Shown: positions 36,030-45,112 of the stretch, one piece after another | Numbering within the stretch: position 1 is the first letter of the stretch | Layout: each line of letters starts with the position of its first letter | Assembly: GCA_963727455.1 (NCBI GenBank) | Contig: CAVSGG010000004.1 | Coordinates: forward strand, 24,532 to 88,531 | Direction of reading: 5' to 3' | Source of the DNA: Candidatus Krumholzibacteriota bacterium | GTDB taxonomy: Bacteria > Krumholzibacteriota > Krumholzibacteriia > JAJRXK01 | Length of the DNA stretch: 64,000 nucleotides | Made by a program: the position numbers and the translations under genes | The notes under the pieces: model-generated | Told to the model about the DNA's origin: nothing | Seen by the model: only the letters and a program-made list of their open reading frames with translations | Database searches by the model: none

Positions 36030-37166
36030 ATGCCCGCCAACCCCTTTCGCTTCGGAAGCCCCATCGATCAGGCCCTGCTCGTGGACCGCGAGGCCGAACG
36101 CGAGAAGATCCTAGCTATCCTGCTCGAGGCCCGCAATCTGGCCCTGGTTGCCCCGCGGGGCATCGGGAAGAGTAGTCTCTTGGCCGCGGTGGCACGGGAC
36201 GGAGCGCAGCGCCAGATGAATACGGCCTACGTGGACCTGCTGCCCGCTTTGAATCCGCGGCGTTTCGCCGAACTCTACGCCTCGGCCCTCACCCTGAGCC
36301 CCTCCCGCACCATGCAGGACACGCAGGAGGCGCTGCGTCGCTTGATTCCCAACTTCTCGCCGCGGGTCACCCTCAGCGGCGAGGGCCGCCCCGCCCTCCA
36401 GCTGGATCTATGGGACCGCGAACGGGACATCCAGGCCCTGATGGATCGGATTTTCGAGGTTCCGGCGGAGATGCAGAAGAGGAGCGGGCACCCTCTCAGC
36501 ATCATCTTCGACGATTTCGAGGACCTCATCGCAGTGGCGGAGCCCGGGTTGCTGCGGGAGTTGGCGACGGCCGCCCGCAAGCAAATTCACGTGAGCTATG
36601 TCTTCGTACTGCGCAAGGACTCCACCATCCAACGTCTCTTCGAGGAGCCGCACAGCCCCTTCTATCGCCTGGCGGAGTCCATGCGGCTAGAGCCGGTGCC
36701 CAAGAACCTCATGGTGGAAGGGCTCGAACAGTTGTTCGTGGAATGCGGGGTGAGTATCGAGCCCGTGCTGCTGCACGAACTGCTGCGCCTGGCCGATACC
36801 ATCCCTCACTACGTACAGATGCTGGCACACTCTCTCTTCGAGCAGTCCCGGGAGGACGGCACGGCCACGGCCAACCACCTCAAGGCTGCGCTCTCCCATG
36901 TGCTGGAAGGGCAGGCCTACGCCTTCAAATTCCAATGGGATCAACTCTCTGCCCATCAGAAGACCCTGGCGCTGGCGATCGCCCAGGGCTTCACCGAAAA
37001 GCTGCACTCTCAGAGAATGGTGGTACGATTGGGGCTGGGCTCACCCAGCACCGTGGCGAAGAACCTCCGCGTGTTGTCCGAGCGTGAAATCCTCAATCGC
37101 GACGGTGCGGACATTCGTTTCGTCGATCCCTTCTTCGGTCTGTGGTTGCAGCGCCGCATGAGCTGA
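36030..37166 (+). CDS. AAA-family P-loop ATPase with C-terminal winged helix (archaeal-ATPase-like)
   Basis: NPFRFG..VDREAE, Walker A APRGIGKSS, Walker B IIFDDFED, C-terminal DPFFGLWL. Confidence 0.85.
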   Translation: MPANPFRFGSPIDQALLVDREAEREKILAILLEARNLALVAPRGIGKSSLLAAVARDGAQRQMNTAYVDLLPALNPRRFAELYASALTLSPSRTMQDTQEALRRLIPNFSPRVTLSGEGRPALQLDLWDRERDIQALMDRIFEVPAEMQKRSGHPLSIIFDDFEDLIAVAEPGLLRELATAARKQIHVSYVFVLRKDSTIQRLFEEPHSPFYRLAESMRLEPVPKNLMVEGLEQLFVECGVSIEPVLLHELLRLADTIPHYVQMLAHSLFEQSREDGTATANHLKAALSHVLEGQAYAFKFQWDQLSAHQKTLALAIAQGFTEKLHSQRMVVRLGLGSPSTVAKNLRVLSEREILNRDGADIRFVDPFFGLWLQRRMS

Positions 37167-37171
37167 GAATC

Positions 37172-39187
37172 GTGTCCCTCATCACTCTGCAAAACCTGAG
37201 CTTCGACTACGGCCGGCAAGTCATCCTCGACGGAGCCAACCTCACCCTGAATCTGGGAGAGCGCTACGGTCTGGTGGGCGTGAATGGGGCCGGAAAGAGC
37301 ACCCTTATCCGGCTTCTGGCCGGTGAGCTGCAGGCTCATCGCGGAGAAGTCCAACGTGCCGCCCGCGTCTCCGTGGGCTACCTCACGCAGGACACGCAGC
37401 TCGAGAGCGACGAACCGTTGCTGCACGCGGTGCGCGCGGCCGCGTTTGCCGAGCTCCTGAGGACCGAGCGGCGGCTCGAGGAGCTCTCGCAGCGCATGGG
37501 CGCGGGCGAACAGGACGAAGAAGTTCTGGAGGAGTATGGACGTCTGCACGAACGCTTCGAGGCGGCCGATGGCTACGCCATGCAGGCGCGATGCGAGACC
37601 ACACTCATGGGGCTCGGCTTTGACGAGAACCGCTTTCAGCAGGCGGTGGTGAGTTTGAGCGGGGGGCAGAAACGCCGTGCCGCACTGGCGGCGGTGATGC
37701 TGGCTTCGCACGACGTGCTTCTCTTGGACGAGCCCACGAACCACCTCGATCTCGAAGCACGGGAGTGGTTGGAAGAAAACCTCAACGCGCGCAAGGGGGC
37801 GTTGATCGCGATCTCCCACGATCGAGCCTTCTTGGACAACACGACCGCCTACACCTTGCATCTCTACAACGGCCGACTCGATCGCTTCCAGGGTTCCTAC
37901 ACCAAGTTCATGCGCCAGTGGAAGGATCAAAAATCCGAGTGGGAGTCGCGTTACCGACGTCAGAAAGAACAGATCGCCAAAACCGAGGCGTTCATTCGCA
38001 AGAACATCGCGGGCCAGCGCACCAATCAAGCCAAGAGCCGTCGCAAGCAGCTGGAGCGGCTGCAACGCATCGAGGCGCCCCCCAGCGAGGGCCGGCGGTA
38101 CCGTTTCGATCTGGAGCCCAAACGCCCGAGCGGACAGGTGGTGTTCGAAGGGAAGGACTTGGGCCACCGCTTCAAAGACCTGACGCTCTTTTCTGGATTG
38201 GAGTTCCAGATTTTGCGCGGCGAGAAGGTGGGCATCATCGGCCCCAACGGAACCGGCAAGACCACGCTCTTGCGGATCCTGAGTCGCGAACTGGTTCCCA
38301 GCCGCGGAAGCATCACCGTGGGTCACAACACCGATTTGGGGTACTACGACCAGAACCTCTCACTGGTCAACGACAGTAACACGGTGCTTGGCGAGCTCCG
38401 CGCGTTGGATCCCATGGCCAGCGACGGGGATCTGCGCTCGCTCTTGGCCGCCTTTGGATTCGGCGAGGACATGATCGACCAGCCGGTGCGTTCCCTCAGC
38501 GGCGGCGAGCGAGCGCGACTCTCCCTCTTGCATCTCATTTTCGAACGGCATAACACCATCCTTCTGGACGAACCCACCAATCACCTGGACACCGACAGCC
38601 GCGAGGCACTGGAGGAGGCCCTCGTCCACTACACCGGCACCCTCATCTGTGTCTCGCACGACCGCTACTTCCTGAACCGCATCTGCGATCACATCTTCGC
38701 CTTCGAGAGTCAGGCTGGGGGAGGGATCGACCCGAGCCGATCGCAGGGTGGGGTACGCCGCTACCTGGGGAACTACGATGACTATCGGCGCAAACGCAGG
38801 CAGGAGGAGGAAGATCGGGCGCATGAGCAGGCGGACTTGCCCAGAAGCGGGCCGGCTTCCGCCAAGCCCTCCGCCGCCACGGTGAATGTGGCTCCGCGCG
38901 GCGACGAACCAGAGGAGGACGCCCCGCTAGAGCTTCAGCCCGGTCTCACCAAGCGGAAGCTCTCGAAGAACCAGCTCGGAAAAATCCGTCGGGAGATTCA
39001 GGATTTGGAAGAGGAGATCTCACTGCTCGAGGCGGAACTCGAAGTCCTCAGCAAGCGCATGAGCAGTGGGGAGCTCGACTCGACAGGGATGGCCAAGGCG
39101 GCGCAAGACGCGGGTCGATTCGAGTCTAGCTTGAGCGCTAAGATGCAACGCTGGGAAGATTTGAATCGCCTCATGGAGCGTCACTGA
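37172..39187 (+). CDS. ABC-F family ATPase (Uup/YdiF-like)
   Basis: Two NBDs (GVNGAGKST, GPNGTGKTT), LSGG and DEPTNHLD twice, coiled-coil tail. Confidence 0.93.
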   Translation: MSLITLQNLSFDYGRQVILDGANLTLNLGERYGLVGVNGAGKSTLIRLLAGELQAHRGEVQRAARVSVGYLTQDTQLESDEPLLHAVRAAAFAELLRTERRLEELSQRMGAGEQDEEVLEEYGRLHERFEAADGYAMQARCETTLMGLGFDENRFQQAVVSLSGGQKRRAALAAVMLASHDVLLLDEPTNHLDLEAREWLEENLNARKGALIAISHDRAFLDNTTAYTLHLYNGRLDRFQGSYTKFMRQWKDQKSEWESRYRRQKEQIAKTEAFIRKNIAGQRTNQAKSRRKQLERLQRIEAPPSEGRRYRFDLEPKRPSGQVVFEGKDLGHRFKDLTLFSGLEFQILRGEKVGIIGPNGTGKTTLLRILSRELVPSRGSITVGHNTDLGYYDQNLSLVNDSNTVLGELRALDPMASDGDLRSLLAAFGFGEDMIDQPVRSLSGGERARLSLLHLIFERHNTILLDEPTNHLDTDSREALEEALVHYTGTLICVSHDRYFLNRICDHIFAFESQAGGGIDPSRSQGGVRRYLGNYDDYRRKRRQEEEDRAHEQADLPRSGPASAKPSAATVNVAPRGDEPEEDAPLELQPGLTKRKLSKNQLGKIRREIQDLEEEISLLEAELEVLSKRMSSGELDSTGMAKAAQDAGRFESSLSAKMQRWEDLNRLMERH

Positions 39188-39252
39188 CACGCCTTTCTTA
39201 TACTGACACTTGTCGGAAAACCAAGAACGAGTGGCTGTGAAGGGGGAAATCC

Positions 39253-40512
39253 ATGGTCGTGGAACGCGAAGCCAGGGTTCTCGCCGTGGTTCTGGCCGGT
39301 GGACGCGGGCAACGTTTACATCCGTTGACCATGGAACGCTCCAAACCCGCGGTACCCTTCGGCGGGAAGTGGCGCATAATCGACTTCGTTCTCAGCAATT
39401 TGGTGAACTCGGGACTACAGAGCATCTACGTACTGACACAGTACAAGGCGCAGTCTCTTCTCGAACATCTGCAGATCGCCTGGGTCAGGTCTTTCAGCCC
39501 CACAAGCTTCATCACTGCGGTGCCGGCACAGATGCAGGCGGGCGCCGCCTGGTATCGCGGAACGGCTGATGCCATTCACCAAAACATCCGGCTCTTCGAC
39601 CGTTCACGCCCAGATCTGGTGGCAGTGTTCGGCGCCGACCACATCTACAAGATGAACGTACGGCAGATGATCGACTTTCATCGCAAGACTGGTGCGGTGG
39701 CTACGGTAGCCTGTCTCCCGGTGGAGACCTCGATGGCGAAGGCTTTCGGGGTGATCAAAGTGGACGACGACTGGAGAATTCGCGGTTTCGAGGAAAAGCC
39801 CGAAAATCCCCCGGAAATTCCCGGGCTTCCCGGCTACTCCCTGGTTTCGATGGGGAACTACATCTTCAACACTCACACCCTCGTCGACTATCTCGAAGAG
39901 GATGCGAGCGATCCGGATTCTATGCACGATTTCGGCAGGTCGATCTTGCCCAAGATGATCCATCTCATGCCGGTCTACGCTTACGATTTCAAACGCAATC
40001 GCATTCCCTTGGAGAGCGCGGAGGAATCGGCATACTGGCGCGACATCGGCACGCTCGACGCTTACTACGAGTCGAATCTGGACCTGAAGAACGTCGAGCC
40101 GCGTTTGAATCTCTACAACTGGGACTGGCCCATTCGCACGGTGAGCTACAGCGATCCGCCCGTGAAGTTCGTGTTTGACGAGGACAATCGAAGAGGCGAG
40201 GCGATTCAATCGACAGTAGCCGGAGGCTGCATTCTCTCAGGTGGATACGTGAAAGACTCCGTCTTGGGACGCAACGTCCTTGTCGACGAAGGCGCAATGG
40301 TCGAGAACTGCATCATCCTGGACAACTGCTGGATCGATCGCGGGGCAAAACTTAGAAACGTCATCGTGGACAAGAACAACCACATTGCGGCCCACCTAAA
40401 GATCGGATTCGACCTGGACCGCGACAGAGGGCGCTACCACGTTTCTTCGGGAGGCATCGTGGCCATACCGAGGGGAAAGGACTCTCCGGAACACCGTGCG
40501 CGAAATCTCTGA
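39253..40512 (+). CDS. glgC: Glucose-1-phosphate adenylyltransferase
   Basis: LAGGRGQRL, KPAVPFGG, GTADA, FEEKP, SMGNYIF, YWRDIGT. Confidence 0.96.
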   Translation: MVVEREARVLAVVLAGGRGQRLHPLTMERSKPAVPFGGKWRIIDFVLSNLVNSGLQSIYVLTQYKAQSLLEHLQIAWVRSFSPTSFITAVPAQMQAGAAWYRGTADAIHQNIRLFDRSRPDLVAVFGADHIYKMNVRQMIDFHRKTGAVATVACLPVETSMAKAFGVIKVDDDWRIRGFEEKPENPPEIPGLPGYSLVSMGNYIFNTHTLVDYLEEDASDPDSMHDFGRSILPKMIHLMPVYAYDFKRNRIPLESAEESAYWRDIGTLDAYYESNLDLKNVEPRLNLYNWDWPIRTVSYSDPPVKFVFDEDNRRGEAIQSTVAGGCILSGGYVKDSVLGRNVLVDEGAMVENCIILDNCWIDRGAKLRNVIVDKNNHIAAHLKIGFDLDRDRGRYHVSSGGIVAIPRGKDSPEHRARNL

Positions 40513-42679
40513 GACCGGCACACGAACCGAACTCGCTTTCGTGTTGCACTTCCACCAGCCGGTGGGAAATTTCGGCGAAGTCTTCGAGAAAGTGACCGAG
40601 GTTTGCTACGCGCCGCTTCTCGAGCTCCTGTTCGAATATCCCGAACTCAAGTTCCACTTTCATTTCAACGCAATTCTCTTGGAGTGGTTCGACAAACACC
40701 GCCCCAACCTTCTGCGCATTCTGGAGCGTATGGTACGCCGGGGCAGCGTGGAACTTCTGACCGGGGGGCTCAATGAGCCCATCTTGGGAATTCTGCCCGA
40801 GGAGGACGCAATCGGTCAGGTCCGTGCCCTCAGTTTGGAATTGGAGCAACGCTTTGCGCAGATTCCACAGGGGGCCTGGCTCACCGAAAGGGTATGGGAG
40901 CCCCGCCTGCCGAATCCCCTCGCGCGCGCCGGAGTGCGCTACGTCGTGCTGGACGACATTATCTTCCGCTGGGCCGGCATCGAGCCGAACGCAATGTCCG
41001 GGCACTACGTCACCGACGATGCCGGATATCCCCTGAACCTGTTTCCGGGCTCGAAGGCGCTGCGTTACACCATTCCGTTTCGTCCACCGGAAGAAACTCT
41101 CGAGTTATTGCACGGATTGCCTCGCGACCAGACGGATCCTCCGCTCATGATCTACGCCGACGACGCAGAGAAATTCGGTGAGTGGCCGGGGACGCACGAA
41201 TGGGTCTACACCAAGGGCTGGTTGAAGAACTTCTTGGAAAAGCTGCGCGACGATCCGGCGGTCTCTCTGGTTCACCTGAAGGATCGCCTGGCCCAGCACC
41301 TTCCCTTGGGTAGGGTCTATCCGCCGGCCGCGAGCTATCCGGAGCTGACGGTCTGGGCCATGCCCACGCGAGCGCGCACGCGGATGGAGGGCCTGCTACA
41401 CCAACTCGAAGAGGACGACCCTGCGGGGCTGTTGCCGCTGCTTCGCGGCGGCCACTGGCGCGGGTTTCTTGGCAAGTACCCCGAAGCCAATCGGCTTCAC
41501 AAGCGGATGTTGCGCGTGAGCCGAAAACACCGCGCAGCGCGTGACAAAGGGCTGAGTGATGCGTGTATGGGGGAGGCGTTGCGTGATCTCTATCGTGGTC
41601 AGTGCAACGATGCGTACTGGCACGGAGTGTTCGGTGGGCTCTACCTGCCGCATCTAAGACGGGCCCTCGAAAGCTCTCTCATCCGGGCCGAGCGGACTCT
41701 CGATCGCCTCAAGGAGGGAAACTCTGGCTGGAGCTCAAGGCGCCTCGTCGACTTCGACGCCGACGGAATCGAGGAGGCGGAACTGGCGAACCCGCACACG
41801 CATCTCGTTCTCGATCCGAAGGGCGGAAGGCTTCTGAGCTGGGACCTCCGCGCCGCGGGAGACAACTGGGTCACCGTGATGCAACGCCATGAAGAGCCGT
41901 TCCATGAGGCCCTGCGTGAAGGAAAGGTCATTCGGGTAGACGCCGAGGGAAAGCAACTCGATCTGAACGAGAACACAGATGGCATTCCGACCATTCACGG
42001 CGCGGTCCGGGTCAAACCCGGCGTGGAAGAGAGTGATTTGAGGATCGACCTCCACAGCAGAGTCGCGGCCATCGGCTGGTCCGCGCCCCCGGAGGCATCC
42101 ATCGAGGACCCACGTCAGTTGCACGAATGCGCCGCCCTGCTTCAGGACCGGTGGCAGATCGCAGAGACGAAGGAGAACAGCGAGATCACGATGCGTACCG
42201 AACAGCACGGATTGCGCGTCAGCCAGACGATGGGGCTTCGCGCCCGCGATGCCGCGCTCGAGATGAAACTCGAGCTCGAGGCACTCGAGGGTCCACGGAA
42301 GTTCTTGAGCGAATGGAATCTCTTCGTGGGCTGGACCGGGGACGATCTAGAGTTGGCGCGCGACGAGGATACGCGCGAGGGCGTGCAGGGCGACGGCTCG
42401 TCTGGCGGCTGGATCTCCGCTCCTTCTGGCGAGCGAAAACAGTGCGAGCGACTGCTAGTGCGTGGTGGCGGGGAACGCAGGCTCGAACTGAAATTCGCTC
42501 CCGCCGCGAATCTCCGTTGGGCGCCCGTTCACACCGTCTCTTCCAGCGAGTCCGGTCTGGAGAAAATCGGTCAGGGCACCTGCTTCCTCTTCGAGTGGCG
42601 AGTCGAAGATCGATTGCACGTCCAAGTCCATCTGATTCCCTCAGCGCCCGCACTGGCGGATGAGAGCCTCGACGATTGA
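40496..42679 (+). CDS. GH57 alpha-amylase / 4-alpha-glucanotransferase
   Basis: HFHQP, WLTERVW (nucleophile), DDAEKFGEW (acid/base), QCNDAYWHGVFGGLY. Confidence 0.9.
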   Translation: MREISETGTRTELAFVLHFHQPVGNFGEVFEKVTEVCYAPLLELLFEYPELKFHFHFNAILLEWFDKHRPNLLRILERMVRRGSVELLTGGLNEPILGILPEEDAIGQVRALSLELEQRFAQIPQGAWLTERVWEPRLPNPLARAGVRYVVLDDIIFRWAGIEPNAMSGHYVTDDAGYPLNLFPGSKALRYTIPFRPPEETLELLHGLPRDQTDPPLMIYADDAEKFGEWPGTHEWVYTKGWLKNFLEKLRDDPAVSLVHLKDRLAQHLPLGRVYPPAASYPELTVWAMPTRARTRMEGLLHQLEEDDPAGLLPLLRGGHWRGFLGKYPEANRLHKRMLRVSRKHRAARDKGLSDACMGEALRDLYRGQCNDAYWHGVFGGLYLPHLRRALESSLIRAERTLDRLKEGNSGWSSRRLVDFDADGIEEAELANPHTHLVLDPKGGRLLSWDLRAAGDNWVTVMQRHEEPFHEALREGKVIRVDAEGKQLDLNENTDGIPTIHGAVRVKPGVEESDLRIDLHSRVAAIGWSAPPEASIEDPRQLHECAALLQDRWQIAETKENSEITMRTEQHGLRVSQTMGLRARDAALEMKLELEALEGPRKFLSEWNLFVGWTGDDLELARDEDTREGVQGDGSSGGWISAPSGERKQCERLLVRGGGERRLELKFAPAANLRWAPVHTVSSSESGLEKIGQGTCFLFEWRVEDRLHVQVHLIPSAPALADESLDD

Positions 42680-42703
42680 GTCGCACGGACCCGGGGAGGG
42701 TTC

Positions 42704-45112
42704 ATGTCAGAGAAACTCTTCATCTTTCACGGTCACTTCTACCAGCCGCCGCGCGAGAATCCGTGGACGGGGCTGGTGTCGAGAGAGCAGTCCGCCGCGC
42801 CCAGCCATGATTGGAACCAACGGATCGACGAAGAGTGCTACCGACCCAATGCATACGGCAGGATTCTCGATGAGGCCCAGCTCGTAGCGGAGATCGTGAA
42901 CAACTACGAGTTCATGTCCTTCAACCTGGGTCCGACTCTGGCCCGTTGGCTGAAGCAGCACGATCCGTTGACTCTTCAACGAATGGTCGCGGCCGATCGA
43001 AAGAGTGCTCTCGTGAATGGCGGGCACGGGAACGCCCTCGCGCAGGCCTACAACCACATGATCCTGCCGCTGGCCGACAAGCAGGACCGTAGGACCCAAA
43101 TCTACTGGGGCCTCGCCGCGTTCAAGGCTCAATTCCAACGTGAGGCGGAGGCCATGTGGCTTCCCGAGACTGCAGCGAATCACGAGGTGCTCGACGAACT
43201 GATCGAGCAGGGAATGAGATTCGTGATTCTCGCCCCCCAACAGGCGGCGCGGATTCGCGGTCCGAAGCAGGAGAAATGGCAGGACGTCAGCGGGGGAAGG
43301 ATCGACTGTTCGAGGCCCTACTTCTACCGACACAGGGACGGGAGCGGGCGCAGCCTCGCGGTTTTTTTCTATGACGGAGAGCTTGCCCACGAAGTCGCCT
43401 TCGGTGACGCACTGAACGAATCGGAGCGATTCGTTCAGCAAGTTTTGGCGGCACAGAAGCGGGCGAATGCCGGCCCCCTGGTCCATCTGGCCACCGATGG
43501 TGAGACGGCGGGACATCATCACGCTTGGGGCGATCGCGTGCTGTCCCACACGCTCACCCGCGTTCTTCCCGAAAAGGGTTTCAGGGTGACCAATTACGCC
43601 TGCGCACTCGATCTTTACCCACCCAGCTGGGAGGTCGAGCTCGAGCTGGGTCCCAAGGGGGAGGGGAGTTCCTGGAGTTGTGCTCACGGAGTTGGGCGTT
43701 GGACCCGTGATTGTGGGTGTAGGGTTTCGCCGAGGGACGGCTGGAATCAGTCCTGGCGTACTGGTCTCAGGAAGGCCATGGACATGTTGCGCGACGCCTC
43801 AAGGCCCTACTTCGAAGAAGAGGCGGGAAGACTGCTCCACGACCCGTGGTCCGCTCGCGACGACTACATTCGCGTCTTGCTGTCCCCAGCTTACGAAAGC
43901 TGTCGCGCCTTTCTTGGCGAACACGGCCTCGGAGAACTTTCGAAGGAAAAGCAGGTGCGCGCGTTGTCGCTTTTGGAAATGCAGCATCAGCTCATGCTGC
44001 AGTACACCAGCTGCGGCTGGTTTTTTGACGACATCAGCGGGATCGAGGCGCGCCAGGTTCTTCGCTACGCCGCCCGGGCCATCGATTTGTGGACCGAGCT
44101 CGGGGGGGCGCCTCCGGCGACGGCTTTCCTCGAACATCTCACGAGAGCCAAGAGCAATGTCGAAGGGGTGGGCAACGGCACCGATTTGTTCCGGGAGATC
44201 GTGACCACCGACACCGTCGATCCGCGGCAAATCCTGGTCCACGCTCTCCTGCGCAGCAATGAGACGGAAAGCGAGAGTGGCGGAGCCGGAGAGTGGAAGT
44301 GGCGAGTTCGTTCCCATGAATGTCAGGAAAGGGACGGCCGCACCATGCACACCGGTCGCGTCTCCGTTAGATTGACTCAGACCCAGCGCAGTTTCCACGG
44401 AGCCGTCGTGGTCCTGGAGAGCGGAGACCTCGATCTACGCGCTCACGTGTCTCTGGACATGAGCGAGGAGGATTTCAACGCAGCAGGAAGGAGACTGGGG
44501 AGCGCATTCAACGACGGCATCGAAATCGATGTCCTCGACGAAGAGTTCAACGATCTCCGGTACGATTCCGCAAGTCTCTTGAGCAGCGGCGGGAGAGAAC
44601 TTCTGGCGCCGTTGATCACGCGGAGCTACGAGAGCTTCCAAAGCAGTCTGTCGCGTCTCCATCACAATCACCAGCACCTGTTGGCCGGAGTCGAACGACT
44701 CGGACTCGGCGAACCACAACTCTTGAGCGGGTTGGCGCGCATCGCGCTGGAAGCTGCGCTGAACGAGGCGCTCTTGCGCGCGCTGACCGATCAGAATGGA
44801 GACGCTCTCACTGAGCTGAAGAAGAGCGCAGAGCTGGCGCGCAGCTGCGGCATGGAAATCGACTGGTCCGCCTCGGGTCTGAAAGTAGAGTCGACCGTGG
44901 TAAGCCTCCTCGCCGGAGGCGAACTACCCAAGATTGAGAAGATCCTGGCTTGGGGGGACGAACTCGGCATTCCTCTACATCTATACCGAGCGCAGGAACA
45001 GTTCTTCGAAGCAGGAGCCACCCTGGCGCCGCACGAGAGCGCGCTGAGGGTCGGTAAAAAACTCGGAATCAGTGACGATCTCGTGCAGTCAATCCTGGAA
45101 GGTATGCGATGA
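42704..45112 (+). CDS. GH57 glycoside hydrolase (DUF3536 type)
   Basis: HGHFYQPPRENPW, WLPETA, TDGETAGHH, SWSCAHGVGRW, YTSCGWFFD. Confidence 0.9.
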   Translation: MSEKLFIFHGHFYQPPRENPWTGLVSREQSAAPSHDWNQRIDEECYRPNAYGRILDEAQLVAEIVNNYEFMSFNLGPTLARWLKQHDPLTLQRMVAADRKSALVNGGHGNALAQAYNHMILPLADKQDRRTQIYWGLAAFKAQFQREAEAMWLPETAANHEVLDELIEQGMRFVILAPQQAARIRGPKQEKWQDVSGGRIDCSRPYFYRHRDGSGRSLAVFFYDGELAHEVAFGDALNESERFVQQVLAAQKRANAGPLVHLATDGETAGHHHAWGDRVLSHTLTRVLPEKGFRVTNYACALDLYPPSWEVELELGPKGEGSSWSCAHGVGRWTRDCGCRVSPRDGWNQSWRTGLRKAMDMLRDASRPYFEEEAGRLLHDPWSARDDYIRVLLSPAYESCRAFLGEHGLGELSKEKQVRALSLLEMQHQLMLQYTSCGWFFDDISGIEARQVLRYAARAIDLWTELGGAPPATAFLEHLTRAKSNVEGVGNGTDLFREIVTTDTVDPRQILVHALLRSNETESESGGAGEWKWRVRSHECQERDGRTMHTGRVSVRLTQTQRSFHGAVVVLESGDLDLRAHVSLDMSEEDFNAAGRRLGSAFNDGIEIDVLDEEFNDLRYDSASLLSSGGRELLAPLITRSYESFQSSLSRLHHNHQHLLAGVERLGLGEPQLLSGLARIALEAALNEALLRALTDQNGDALTELKKSAELARSCGMEIDWSASGLKVESTVVSLLAGGELPKIEKILAWGDELGIPLHLYRAQEQFFEAGATLAPHESALRVGKKLGISDDLVQSILEGMR

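Noticed and set aside
35674-36114. 146-aa ORF over the ncRNA region
   Set aside because: No RBS or motif; it overlaps the promoter and the ATPase start
39183-39209. ACTGACAC direct repeat around a TATACT -10 upstream of glgC
   Set aside because: Only two short copies, one overlapping a stop codon; too weak to call
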